64,000 nt of DNA. Origin: Psammoneis japonica. Lineage: Eukaryota. The position numbers and the translations under genes were made by a program. The notes under the pieces are model-generated. The model saw only the letters and a list, made by a program, of their open reading frames with translations. It did no database searches and was not told the origin of the DNA. The stretch covers positions 1 through 64,000 of the forward strand of contig QPGO01000025.1 of NCBI GenBank assembly GCA_008632985.1, written 5' to 3'. Each line of letters starts with the position of its first letter. The first letter of the stretch is position 1. Shown in pieces: positions 24,028 through 36,573 of the stretch.

Positions 24028-25122
24028 CTATTTTACAGAGGTGATAAAGTCGATCCATTGATCAACGATTGGGCCATCTCCATACCACGGTTTACCGCCT
24101 TTATGATCTTCAGTCAATTCTGGAGCAAAGAAATGCCCCCACACACCAGCGTCTGACCACGGATAGTGCATAACATCGTTTAACGTCTTCTTTTGGACCT
24201 CGTCTCCTTCCATGGCCAGCGAGCTTTCAATCGGTGTCATTGAGTCTCCATCTAGGTCTGACCCATCACTTTCAGGATTGCAAAAGATATAAGAGTTCCT
24301 TGTTAGCTCACCCGAAGCGTCACCTGGGAACCCAACAGCGCCAATCGCAAGCCCTCGCACAGGCAGCGGTTCACGATTACACCATTCCACACCTTTAAAG
24401 GCAGGCCCAGGAGCGTCAGCGTGGGGCGTGCCCAGTGTAACTAGCGAATGAACTAGGTCCGTGCCATTGTACGATTTGCCCCCATAGTTTCGATTTGAGA
24501 GATACACTCGACTTATCCACCCCCCTGCAGAATGCCCGATTATTGCAATCTTTCCCTTTGGGTCATTTTGTGGAGGCGGAAACGAACCGCGAGGATGAAC
24601 GCTTGGAGGATAGTCATCCACGTCATCACTCCCTCCTACCTTGAAAACTCCTCCAGGGTTTTCCATAAAGTCCAGAAAGCAATCCAAGATGCTGTATTGA
24701 AAGGGTGGAACCGTCAAAGGCTCTTTAATGTTGGCCATGTCGTTTGGATCATCGGGAAGTGACGCGCAAACATGCTTTACAGTGTATTCGATTCGCTCCA
24801 ACATGGGCCGCATTGAACGACCTCCCACACACGGCAGCCAGTGCCATTCAGGCATGGGTACTACAACAGAAGGCACCCCTCGTTCCGAAAGAGCCTGAGC
24901 AAGAGGCTTGAAATCTTGTTCACCTGTGAGAAAGCCTGGTACAATCACTGCAGCTTTATAGTTTCGGAGTTCATTACTTGTTGTTCTTGATATTGCGGCG
25001 GACTGTGTTTTGCTACCTCCAAAGGAACGTGAAAACATTGTGAAAGTCTTGCAAACAGAAACAGGACAAGGAAGCGATGTTGCACCATGACAAATGGCAA
25101 GGTTGATGAGTGTTCTCAACAC
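24028..25122 (-). CDS. Alpha/beta hydrolase (PGAP1/lipase-like); start uncertain
   Basis: IVPGFL, GHSAGG nucleophile elbow, TLGTPH. Confidence 0.85.
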   Translation of the reverse strand: MLRTLINLAICHGATSLPCPVSVCKTFTMFSRSFGGSKTQSAAISRTTSNELRNYKAAVIVPGFLTGEQDFKPLAQALSERGVPSVVVPMPEWHWLPCVGGRSMRPMLERIEYTVKHVCASLPDDPNDMANIKEPLTVPPFQYSILDCFLDFMENPGGVFKVGGSDDVDDYPPSVHPRGSFPPPQNDPKGKIAIIGHSAGGWISRVYLSNRNYGGKSYNGTDLVHSLVTLGTPHADAPGPAFKGVEWCNREPLPVRGLAIGAVGFPGDASGELTRNSYIFCNPESDGSDLDGDSMTPIESSLAMEGDEVQKKTLNDVMHYPWSDAGVWGHFFAPELTEDHKGGKPWYGDGPIVDQWIDFITSVK

Positions 25123-25413
25123 AAGCTGTCAAGATGAAGTACAGTAGAAGTTTTCAAGTTAGGGATGTACCATGTACCAGTAACCAGCACCGGTAGAGCG
25201 TCATTGTGAAATCGAGAAAGATCCTCGGAAGATCGACTAGATTTCCGGGTGCCGATTGATTACGTCGACTGCTTTTCAGCAGCAACACAGGTACGGCGAC
25301 GTTATGGTAGACTGTTGAGAAAGAAGTACTACTACCTCTAAGCTCTAAATGTAAAGCTCTCAAGAGAAATTGAAAATCTCTGAATTAATACCTACTGTAG
25401 AATGATCTATGTA

Positions 25414-26493
25414 CTACAACCGCAGGTGCTGAACGATCGAAATCATTGGTTCCATCTCCATCACTTGCTCATGGGAGTGTTGCCGATTGAAACCAACCAA
25501 CATGTTATTTCTAGTTTGATCAAACGTAATGCCATCGGTCTCGCTTCCCAGCAACAAACCCTGAGACCCATTCAACTTCCCACTGTTTGGGTCAAGCATA
25601 TAAATGGTACATTGATAATCATCGCCCAGTAAAACAAGACGACCCTCGAGATCGAAAGCTGCAGATTGGACGTAGTTGATCCCGCCTTGGCTGAGGTGAT
25701 GTGGCAAGTCAAGTACGAGATCCGGGAGACGTTCAAGACTATCAATCGACACTCGATGAACCACCTTGACGTTGAAGAATTCGCCATAATAAAGCACTCC
25801 ATTGGAATGTGCTACCCAGTCAAGATTCACGTCGTGGAGAACAGCTCTGGATTGCTTCACCTCCAACGAATCCGCATCCACAGCAAACAGTCCACCTTTC
25901 CCGTCAATCCCATCGCTATGAGTTGCAATCCATACTTCTTCGCCATGTTCCTTTGAAGAAGCATAGTCGATCCCACCAATGTGTCGCACAGTTAAATTGT
26001 TTGAGAGGGGTGGAAAATCTGTAGGGCCGTTGAATACTCTTCGATTCCTAACTCCAGTCACTGTTCCAGAAGGATCCAGTTCCAAGACGCGGACACCCAG
26101 AGTGTGAAATTCATACAATAGAGTGCCGTCCGGATTCATGGCCAGTCCCTGTAAGCCGTAGTCTCCGACATCACTATTGAATTTAAGTTCATCCATGCCT
26201 GACGCATTCAGAATATCAACAATCGGTATCCACTGATTTTTCTTTTTCGATAGCGTCAATGATGACTTGTTGACGCCATTAACAACTCTCAAGGCTACAT
26301 CTACACCCAAGAGCAGTACCAAGAGACACACCGCAGAGGTCATGAGGTTGCATCTTCGCGATAGTACGCCACCATGTCCTGTAGTTGAAGTGTAAGGTTG
26401 TTGCGACGTGATTGGGATGCGTTCTCCCTCTTTTCCATCCAACGCAAACCGCTGCTCTTCAATATCCACGTTTCTATCAACTGCTTCTGACAT
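25414..26493 (-). CDS. Hypothetical single-pass membrane protein, beta-propeller-like
   Basis: Long ORF with one hydrophobic segment and repeated blade-like motifs (QGLAM, GGIDY, DGITFD). Confidence 0.7.
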   Translation of the reverse strand: MSEAVDRNVDIEEQRFALDGKEGERIPITSQQPYTSTTGHGGVLSRRCNLMTSAVCLLVLLLGVDVALRVVNGVNKSSLTLSKKKNQWIPIVDILNASGMDELKFNSDVGDYGLQGLAMNPDGTLLYEFHTLGVRVLELDPSGTVTGVRNRRVFNGPTDFPPLSNNLTVRHIGGIDYASSKEHGEEVWIATHSDGIDGKGGLFAVDADSLEVKQSRAVLHDVNLDWVAHSNGVLYYGEFFNVKVVHRVSIDSLERLPDLVLDLPHHLSQGGINYVQSAAFDLEGRLVLLGDDYQCTIYMLDPNSGKLNGSQGLLLGSETDGITFDQTRNNMLVGFNRQHSHEQVMEMEPMISIVQHLRL

Positions 26494-28254
26494 TATACGC
26501 GGGGTATGGATAACAGCGGATGAGGAAATGAGAACAACAAAACAGATACCTAGCAGAACCGAGGAAAGAGAAAAGTGCAAAGAGAGAAAAAATTGTCCGC
26601 TGTTTCTCACAGTACATCCGGGTGCTTCATGCGCGATTTATTGTTGGTGTGCGCGGCCGCGTCATTGTCGCCCGCAGCTATGAGACCCAGGCCTTAAGTA
26701 AATCCAAACTGGCGAGGCAGGCGCGCTCCGGATGAGCGTACAGACCATCACCGCGGTGACAACACGGAGAATTTGTCAAAAACCCGCCGGAGCCGACGAT
26801 GACATTGACGCGGTAGATAAGGTGTCTAAACATTCGTCGTTTCTTGGACCATTACAACAGAAGCTCTATTAGACCCTCATAGATATACAGTTGTAATCAT
26901 CCATTCGGAGACGTCCATTTTGGTGAGAAATATTGAAACATACCGTTTCGCTTTGTTGTGACGCGATGACACGTGCCGATTCTTCATACGCCCGCTACCA
27001 ACCGGATTTCCAGCACCAGCTGTGTTGAACTCCGACTTTATAAAAAGGCAAGTAAATAAAAATCAAAATGGTGTTATCAATGTGTCCAAGGCTCACCAGT
27101 TGTTGTCTCACTCAACTCTCTTGCCTCCGCAGCCAATTCTTGTTGTCTTTCTAGAGCATGAGCACATCGACGAATCCAACATCGTCGTCACATCGTCAAA
27201 CCCATTTGAGCAATGGTATTGACTAGACGAATATTTTTAAGACGTTGATAAAGCAACTGTAATGCATTCAGCCAAGTATTCTTAAATGGGAGAGAGTCGG
27301 GCGGATGGGAGTTAAAATGCAGAATGAAGTTGGCGTGCGGTTCAAGAAAGAAGCATTCAAACAACGTTGACAATATTATTCTGATGCTGCTATTCTATAG
27401 AATGATAAATAGTAGTGAATATTGCTCCTCCCTGGCTCGTATCTACTCTAGATTCATCGCAAAGAGACAAATGTCAAATCTCAAAATAGAAAAGTGTGGC
27501 TTGTAAATGAGTATTCATGGATTGCTTCGCCAATTTATAGCATTAAAGAGGTCAAATATAGTAGTCAGGAAGCCAGCCATGGATTAGAGAATAGAATATA
27601 GCCATGAAATAGGTCTTGTGTTGATGTTATCATCTAATCTCGGTGTCGAGAAAGGGTCAATTTCCAAATTTCCCTTCATCGTAAAGTGAGTCACGTGTCT
27701 TGAATCCCGTATGACCCGCTCGACTCAAAATTTTTGGAAGTTTTAGCTAGACTTTGACCCCCGAGAGAGCCACAAAATACGCAAGATATGAGCATTATCG
27801 GTCTCATACTCTTTAAACCGATGTCTTACGAGAATGTTATAGGTATGTATTGTTAATGGTATCTGGTATTTGAAAATAGAACTAACTTTTCGTGGAGCAC
27901 CTTTATCACACGGGAAAGTGCGAGAGTCCATTTTCAGTGATTGGGTGGTAACTAACGTTCACCCCCATTCTAGGCCCCCAAAAGTGTCGTGAACTTCGTA
28001 TCTGGATACTGTTAGTCGATCGAAGTGGGTATTTGGTTAAAAACGGGGGGTTAATTTTTACACGTGGCATCATGGAGCTGGGACGGAAAGCAGCACACGC
28101 AAAAGATCGCGTGGAGATCTTTTTGTTTTCTCGCTCTGTTTTATTGCTTCGCTCTTCGTCGGCACTTTCTCAGCAGATGGCCAACGAAGCAACTACTGTA
28201 GCAACGGCACTGCTTCCCCAATCACAACTCTATACGTACGTTAGTTACTATCGA

Positions 28255-29729
28255 ATGAAAGTAACCATGTCGAAGCCTCTTCTCATGTACCAGTTAGGAA
28301 CCAACAATTGGCAGCGCGAAGGCGAGTTCGCTCCTGGCTCGGGCATTCTTCACCAAGCTCATCACGGCGCATTCAACGAGATGGAAGGTGTCACGTGCTA
28401 TTCCATGTACCCAAGTCAGAAACAAACCCCTCACGAGGATCCGCTCGTGGAAGTCTTCAAGTTGACCCACCCCATTCCAATCTGTGAATCGGCGTCGCCC
28501 GTCAGCAGCTATCGCTGGCACTCCATGTCGGACGAGGAGTTTGAGGCATACAAGAAACGTCTAGAAGACGCTGTTTATAAGCAAATGGCCGAGGCCGAGG
28601 CCCGTGAAGGAACAACCTTTTCCGTTGCGGTAGCCCACCACACGTTTCTGAACCCTATCGTTCTTCGAAGTGTTCTTAGGAGACGTCATGCGGAGGGCAA
28701 GCCGAAATGTGCTCTTGTCTGCTTTGTCCATGGGACAGGTAAGTGATGATGGGGTCGGGATTCGATTGCTATGAAGCACGTTTATCCATGCGTTGTTGTG
28801 TACTGACATATATATTCTATCTTTCTGCTATAGCTCTCAAAATGTACGTTCACGAGCGCGATCAAGACATTCCTGGAGAGTTCCCGAGTCGCTTCTGGCC
28901 CATGCTCAAGGAATCCAAAGTCTTTGACGACGTGAACGGCGACGGTGTACAGCTGTGCTATGCCATTTCCAAGCAACAAGTGGACGCCTTTAGCGAAATC
29001 TTCCCTTCGTTTCCCCGAGATAACATCAGAATATCGCCGAATGGCATTGACCAAAACGTATTTCACCCGATTGAGGGTGCAACGATTGAGAGCGTCCTTT
29101 CCAAGTTTTCAACCGTTCACTACGAAGGGAGCCCCCGCACGGCTACGCCCATTGGCACGAGTGCCATTAAGCACATTGTGATTATCGTGTCCAAGTTTGC
29201 CGACTGGAAGCGCATTCCTGCGCTCTTGTACGCCGCCTCGTCGTTTGAAAAGGCGCTGCCCGGCACGGCTCTTGTGATTGTGGGAACCGGTCCTCATGAC
29301 GCGCAAAAGAAGCTTCAGGATCTTGCCTATGAAACGCTTGGATTGAAGCAGTGCTACTTCTTGGGACCTCAACCCCAGACGGTGCTTGCAGAGCTCTACA
29401 CAATTGCGTCTGTAGGTGTCTTTCCGAGTTACAAGGAACCCTTTGGGCTGGTCTTTGTCGAGTGCATGAGTACGGGGACACCCGTCATTGGAGCTCGTTC
29501 GGGTGGACCAAAGGACTTTGTCACGGAGGACGTTGGTCATCTTGTTGTGGAAACGGATGATCTTGAGGAGCTTGGAAGGAGGCTCGATGAGCAAGTGCAA
29601 GCCGCCATCAAGGACGATTGGAAAGCGTCTCGCGGCGAAGCTTGCAAGAAGCTTGTAGCTGATCGCTTTAGTGTCATGAAGCAGTGCAAGGAGCTACTGG
29701 ATTTCACGAGGGAGCATCTTGATATTTAG
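28255..29729 (+). CDS. GT4 (group 1) glycosyltransferase; intron 28739-28833
   Basis: VHGT, ISPNGID and FPSYKEPFGLVFVECMSTGTPVI motifs; GTAAGT..TAG intron in frame. Confidence 0.9.
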
Positions 29730-29802
29730 ATTTGATATTTACACTTTTTAGATTACCATGTTTGAAAACTCTTGAATACAACGAACAATACAACATACGC
29801 AA

Positions 29803-30630
29803 CTACATTTCGACACGATCGTCTTCCAACTCTCTTTTTTCGCCCTTGCGCACCGCGTGTCCAGCTGTCGAGAGTCCCAGGTTTGCCAGTAGCTCTCGCA
29901 ACAACGCAGCCCCCTTGATCTCGGCCAACTCGCTTCCGATCGTCTTTTGGAGACGTTGCGGCGAATCATTATCCTGCATTTGAATCATCACTTCTGCGAG
30001 AGTGAATGAGCCAAGGAGCCTGCCTTGGCTGGATACATCTGTCAAAGTGTTCTCTCTCCTACGAATATGCCCAGTTGCAAGGGCATGTAGAGCTTCCGTA
30101 ATGAAGCGTCTTTCTTCATAAAGAGCAAAGTGTCTCAGCTCTGACATGTTTAGGTCAGGTGTCTCGGGGGGCGGAAGATTCATGCCAGCGACGAGTGTGG
30201 CATGGATGGCGGAGCATATCGTCAAGAACTTGTCTTGGTCGTATTTTTCAACCAGTCCTTCATTTTCGTCCACGCAGACGGATGCACATTTTATCCCCTG
30301 ATCGGTATCCGCTGGTTGCCATCCAGCAGATAGCACGATCTTACCCTCCCGATCTTTGTCATCAAGATATGACAAGTGCCGAATGGGATCCTTATTCATG
30401 TTGATCTTCGATCTCTCATGATGAGTGACCCATGAGCCGTCATCCCATGCCGTGTACTCGTGTGAGTCAATCTTCTCGTCACAAACCGGACAATTTGGTG
30501 CAAAGAGGCGATTTTTGCTCACAATTGCATCAATTGTGCAACGAGGGCAAAGACAATGTCCGCACGGTATCAAATGAACCACGTCATGCTTGCCTCGTAA
30601 GAGAGGCCTCTGACATTCTTCACACTTCAT
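29803..30630 (-). CDS. RING-finger-containing hypothetical protein
   Basis: CEEC..PCGHCLCPRC..CPVC. Confidence 0.7.
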   Translation of the reverse strand: MKCEECQRPLLRGKHDVVHLIPCGHCLCPRCTIDAIVSKNRLFAPNCPVCDEKIDSHEYTAWDDGSWVTHHERSKINMNKDPIRHLSYLDDKDREGKIVLSAGWQPADTDQGIKCASVCVDENEGLVEKYDQDKFLTICSAIHATLVAGMNLPPPETPDLNMSELRHFALYEERRFITEALHALATGHIRRRENTLTDVSSQGRLLGSFTLAEVMIQMQDNDSPQRLQKTIGSELAEIKGAALLRELLANLGLSTAGHAVRKGEKRELEDDRVEM

Positions 30631-30804
30631 CCCTGTTGTCCTTTTGGGCTATGATAAGTTCTTTGGCGTGTCACCTGTCGCGGTGAGAAAAACTTCAAAC
30701 GAAAACTTGAACCGAGAAAAATGTGAGAAGCCGACTTACCGAAACTATCCATTCCCGAATAATAAGATTCAATTTTCGAAATTTCGGAAGCGGCTATCGG
30801 TGGT

Positions 30805-31442
30805 TGGTGATTGCAGACTTTTTCGTGTCGGTCGGGCATGCAGTCGGGGGGTCGGGCAGTCGGTCCGTCCGAATTTCAGAGTGTGTCCCTCGGATGTCGG
30901 AACGGTGTGTGTTGTTTAGTGCAAATGGATTATTGGATTTGCAGAATGATCATTGAGGACGTTAGAGGTCATGGGGAGACATCCCAAACAATCGACAAAT
31001 TCCCTGCGATGGGTGCGTGGAACTGTTTTTCAGGAGAGCTCGAAAGTGCTGCAAAATTGGGATTGCCGGCGTGCCACATTGACGAATTCATCAAGCTTTG
31101 AATGAAGACAATCATTGACCCCTCAGTGGTCAGTGATTGCAGACTTTTTTGTGTCGGGCAGTCGGGGGGTCGGGCAGTTGGGCAGTCGGGTTGTCCACCC
31201 GCTTTTGAAAGTGTGCCCCTCAGATTTTGGAGAACGGCGTGGGTTGTTTGGTGCAAATGATGTGCTCGGATTTGTGGAACAATCATTGAGGACATCAGAG
31301 GTTGTGGGGACATCCTAAAAATCAGCAAATTCCCTGCGACGGGTGTGTGGCATGGTTTTTCAGGAGAGCTCGAAAGTGCTGTAAAATTGGGGTTGCCAGC
31401 GTGGCATGTTGAAAAATGTGCCCAGCTTTGAACAAAGACAAT
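30805..31442. repeat. Diverged tandem duplication, unit about 320 bp (30805-31112 and 31133-31442)
   Basis: Shared blocks such as gtgattgcagacttttt and tttttcaggagagctcgaaagtgctg. Confidence 0.85.
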
Positions 31443-31464
31443 GTGTCGTGAATTCTACATGAAA

Positions 31465-32470
31465 TGGTCATGTTGGAAAAGATGTGTCAAGCAGTGAGTG
31501 TGTTTGTGCGATGTGCTGTTTTGGCAACAAATTGGAAAAAAGGAGTGTCTGCGCACTTCGCTGCAGCCCCAAAAATGGCATGAGCCATCAAGTGCAATGG
31601 TCATCTGTGTCACCGGTGCGGTGGCCACGCCACTGCTGTGCTCCAGAGTCTACACTGCCGCCATGCATGCAGGGCCCTGCGGCCTCAGCAGCACAGCAGG
31701 GCTCTGTGCATGCAGCACAGGCAATGTGCATGCAATGGCACACACCCACAGCCACAAAGAAACACACGCAAGTGGTCAATGCTCCCCGCAGGCCTGGTTT
31801 GTTGTGAACTGCACACAAAACAGTCACATTGTTGGAAAACACATGTCGAGCAATGAGTGTGTTTGTGCGATGTGCCATTTTGGTGACAAACTGGAAAAAA
31901 AGAGTGTCCGTGCACCTCCCTGCGGCCCTGAAAATGGCGTGAGCCATCAAACACAATGGTCATCTGCATCTCCGGTGTGGTGGCCATGCGCAGCATTGGC
32001 AACACATCATGCAACGGCACACACCCACAAAGAAAGACAAGCAAGTGTTCAATGCTCCCCGCAGGCCTGGTTCTTGTTTGTCCACTGCAGCAATGTTCAC
32101 AAGCTAGACAAGGACCAAACCAATGCAGGCTTGCACTCTCCCAAGAAAACCCAGGCTGGATGGCAAGGGCCAGAGGGCGGGAGAGGTGGGAGCATCAAAG
32201 ACCATCCATTTCGACTTGCTGTTGTTGTCTCAAAAGAACAAGCAAGCTTCATTGAACGGGTGGCTCACATGTTGCTGTGCGTTCAATGGAGTTGGGAATC
32301 TTGCTTGGTGCATTGCTTGAGGCCAGCAGCTGTTGCTGATTTTCTTGTTTGTCCACTGTGCAGCGACATTCACAAGCTGGACAAGGACCAAACCAATGCA
32401 GGAGTGGAGAGGGCTTTGCTGGCACAGGCTTGCACTCTCCCAAGAAAACCCAGAGGCTGGATGGCAAGGG
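31465..32470. repeat. Hypermutated tandemly duplicated repeat units; 32190-32340 is related to 39590-39690 and 39940-39995
   Basis: gagtgtgtttgtgcgatgtgc twice; gacaaggaccaaaccaatgcagg twice; gacttgctgttgttgtctc at 32212 and 39612. Confidence 0.8.
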
Positions 32471-35132
32471 CCTCCAACTCCTCCAAAGGAGGTGCAAGTG
32501 AATTTGGGAGGGAGAGGTGGGACTGGCTGGTGGGCTGTGGCACTCAAGGCACGCAAGGGGTTGCGGGGACATGGTTTTCAGGGAGAAGTACAAAGTTCCC
32601 ACCGGCTGACATGCATTGTGAGAAATTGCGCATGACAGGCTCTGCTTGCATGTGGAGGTGTTGAAGCATTTCATCAGAGCGCCAGCAGCCCAAGAGTCAG
32701 ACAATGTCAGTGTTCACTTGGCACACAGCAACCCCATGGCACCGGTGGCACAAAGGCAGTGCACAGAGACATCTGATGGGTTCAAACTGAGGTTCTGGGG
32801 GCCAAAGACAGTGACGGCAGTGCAGAGGATGGCCGCAATGTCAGCTGGGCTGACAAGGTGCCATGCTCCATCATGAAAGTGTGTGGAGAGGGGGGTGTCC
32901 GGGAGCATGCTGTGGGCGTGCAAATGTAACACTCGACGTGTTGCTGCTTTAACTGGGCAAAGCTGGGGGTGGCCAGAAAGGTCTGGGCTGATGACTTCAC
33001 CGTGCACACCGTTCTTTTGGTTGGTGAATGTGAGGGTGGTGAAGGTGGTGGCTGCAAGCTGTGTGGCTTGTGCTTGGCGCAGATCAAGGCACAAACCACT
33101 GGCGGAGAGAAGGATGTTGACAAGGCAGAAAGGGGTGGTGTTTGAGGGCGTGGCGGTGTGTTTGCCAGGGCACAAAAGGAAGAAAAAGGCCAGAGCAATC
33201 ATGTCAGTGATTGCTTGGGTGCCTGGGTGTTGGCCAAGGGCAGCAGCGGAAAGAATCCAGCACAGGACAGCGACTCTGTCTGGCAGAGGATCTTGCTTCT
33301 TGCAGCAACGGATTTGTTGGGCAAGTTGGAAATCCAAACCGCCTTGTGGTGTGAGGCGCGGGTCCGGGGACCCCATTGCAGCAAACGTTTGGCCAATGGA
33401 CTGCAGGGCATCTTCAGCAATGTGTCAACAGACGGGATTGCCATGTGGTGTGAGGATGCTGATGCGGTGTCAGTGGAGGTAGACCTGGATGCAGAGGATG
33501 GGATTGATGGCCACAGTGTCGCAGAAGTCGGTCCATTTTTCCCAATGGGCGTTGGCGGCAGAGGCACATGAAGTGGTGATGGTGAGAGTGACTGCTTGTT
33601 GTGCAGCACAGAGATCATGAAGGAACGCAGTTGGGTGGCAGGGTCCACAAGTGCCGAGGTTTGCTCTGAGGATGACAAGAGTTAAAGTGGTGCAAAAACT
33701 CAGTGTCAGTGAGGGATTGCAAGCATGAGGCATCATCATCAGCGGTGTTCTTGAGAGGGCCCGGCAGGCAGTCATGTGGGGTGAGGTGCCAGTGGAAACA
33801 TTGGCGGCAAACTTGGGGACACAAAAGGGGGGCACGGACTTTGGTGGCAGTTGAGGAACCTTTGCATTGCCAAAACATGGTGTGAAAGCTGTTGGTCCAT
33901 TGGAGGTGGGTGCGTTCCCACATGTCAAAGCATTTGGAGGCTGCACGTGTTTGCAGCATGATTGGTGTTGGTCATGGAGCAGGTGGGATGTTTGCAGGTG
34001 ATGAGATCAGATGTGACGGCTTTGGGGAAGGGCATTTGCCATGATGTTGGACCTGTTGATGTTTGACAGTGTGCATGTGCCAAAGGACTGAACTTGAGTT
34101 TAGTTGCCCATGGCACGGCATCTGCGCTGGTGGGCAGGAGCACTCCTCCTGCTCCATGCCTGGCGGCATCATGGCATCCATGCACAGTGGGTTCAAGTGG
34201 GGCTGGTTCTTGGATGTGAGCTGGATGATGTTTGACAGTGGCACAGAGGTCTCTGAAGTCATCCATGATTGTGTGGAAGGTGGGTGTGAGACTCACACAG
34301 GAGTCAGGTGTGGCGCAGTGCAGCAGCTCTTGGAGTTCCGAAAACAAGCCACGCGATCCGGGGATTGCTGTTGACAGTGAGCTCACTGAGAAGGTGGTGG
34401 CAGTTGGAAGCGGTTGCTTGATGATCACGCTGGCAGGGGAAGTCCTGATGCAGTGCAGTGTGGAGTCATGCAAGGCAACGGTCGGTGAGGCGCAGTGTCA
34501 TGGCATGGGTGTTGATGAGCCAGCCCAGCACCTCTTTTTGTGTTGACCAAGTTGTGTTGCCTTTGCACAATTTCTTTGCTGAGATGGGTTCTTGACATTG
34601 TTTGGTGTCATTGGCATCAAGCAGTCAAAATGTGTTGTTGAGGGCTGTCATGATGGTTTGCAGAACATTGAGCCGGGAGCACTGTGTTCCTTGTGAGGCA
34701 CCAATGCAGTCATCTGCACACATGTCAACACATTGTAGACATCGGCAGCATGTGTGATGCAGGTGTGGGTCCAGCGTGGCTGGCAAGGGCATGGCCAGTG
34801 TTGAATCTCTGAGTGGTGCAGTGCGCAATGGCAGGCAACGGCTGTTTGCCACCTGTTCCAGGCGGTGGGGCAGTGCCTGAAAGTTGTGCTGCTGGAGTCA
34901 GTTGGCCAAGTTGGTGCCAGTCTTGGCTGCAACACAAAATGCTGGTGGCGAGTTTTTTCCAGCCCATGGGCAGCCTGGCTGGCATTGCTGCTGAGGGTGG
35001 TCCACCAGGCAGCAATGGAAATGCAACAGCCAATGTTGGTGCTCGGTCCAGTGCAACGGAGAGATGACAAAAACCATCGGACATGTCCTTCTTGAGCAAG
35101 CAGATGCGTCCTTTGGATGGGTCAGTCAAAAG

Positions 35133-35577
35133 TGCAACACACAGCTGCTGACAAGAGTTGATGCATCACGGCGACGTGTTGCAGCCTTTAAATGTCACAA
35201 AGGGCGTGACAAAATGACCTTTTGTCTGCATGCATGCTGCATTGTGAATTCACAGCGGAGTGGTTCATCGCAACCATTGGGCAGGAGGCCAGGGGTTCGA
35301 AACCCTGAGTGGGAGTTGTCTGCAGCAACGTTGATCACTGTCGAACGCGTAAAACTCTGTGCAGTTCTGCGTGTTCCTTCGTGCGCACCCACACTGTTCC
35401 GCCAAAACCGTGCAGTGTCAGCACACGTCAGTAAAGAGCCGCATGGACGCGCGATGCATGGGGAGGAGTGCAATGTGCAGCTGCCAATGAGAGTTGATGC
35501 ATCACGGCGACGTGTTGCAGCCTTCAAATGTCACAAAGGGCGTGACAAAATAACCTTTTGTCTGTGTGCATGCTGCA
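35133..35577 (+). mobile_element. Miniature LTR element (TRIM-like): 109-bp LTRs 35133-35241 and 35469-35577, AAAG target duplication, internal tRNA-type A/B boxes
   Basis: TG..CA termini; purine tract GGGGAGGAG before the 3' LTR; removal restores the RT frame LLRCALLTDPSKG. Confidence 0.9.
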
Positions 35578-35971
35578 AAAGGGCACACCGCAAGAGGCGA
35601 TCAAGCACACGTCCAAACTGCATGGCTTTGACTGGGACGTTGGGTTGGGTGGTGTCATTGGCGCCAAAGCAGGTGTGGCCAACAATGGGGCGTGGGTGCT
35701 GACTGCATTGTGGGGCCACACCGATGGGGCCAATGCGCAAGCCTGGTTGATTTTTGACTTCATTGCATGGAACGACAACCCAAAAACCCTTGTCCATGCA
35801 GCCAGCCATGTCTTCTTGTAAGAAATTGATGCACCTGCAGGCGGACTTGTGTGGACCCCTGGCGATGCTGGCGTTGAGTTCCCTCAGCACTCCAGGGTGC
35901 ATTTGCAATGGTGACTGGGATGTCTCGATGCTTGTGGTGGTGAAGCACCTGGCATGCCGGGTGTTTCTTAA

Positions 35972-36573
35972 GGTGGCACGAGACAAAAATTGTGAAAATC
36001 GTTTCTGCGCACATTTTCATTGAAAATCACGGGAAAATCAGGAATCCGTCGTCACACAAAAGCATTGTGTCTCATTGGCAAACCACATGGGTCGGCATGC
36101 GTGTGATTGCGAGTGTGTCACTCAACGGAAATTCCGTTCGGCGATTGCTCATTGTTCATCGCCTCTTTCTCTGCTGTCTCGGAAGGGCCATGAAAGGCAC
36201 TTCCAAGATGAAAACACTTGTGAATTTAAGCATGCAGACACTTTCTACACTGTCTTGGCTTCCTGCCGAGTGAAAGAAAATGCACCTTTTGACACTTTTT
36301 TCCACTCAAATGTCCAATTCAAAAACTCAGGGCAAAAAAACAGGACCTTTTTTTTGCTGACAGGAACATCTCATTGACACAATCTCGAAACTTGCAGTTT
36401 CTTTCCATGGGCAAGTCAAGGAGACACCAGTTGAGGATGCAGGACACTTGGTTGAAGGAAACGCAACATTTGACAGCGTCCTGGGAGAAGCCGAAGTGTG
36501 ACCATCGCTTTGTGTAGAAACGTGCAGAAATCACACCAGAAAAAATTCCAAACAATTTTCATCTCGCACCACC
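35972..36573. mobile_element. Non-autonomous TIR element with TTAA target site and GG..CC ends (Kolobok-like)
   Basis: TIRs of about 22 bp; flanks TTAA (35968-35971) and TCAA (36574-36577); removal restores the frame PMSCIKKHPA. Confidence 0.8.

Noticed and set aside
26950..27960. AT-rich intergenic stretch as a transposon
   Set aside because: No convincing TIRs, target duplication or coding remnant found.
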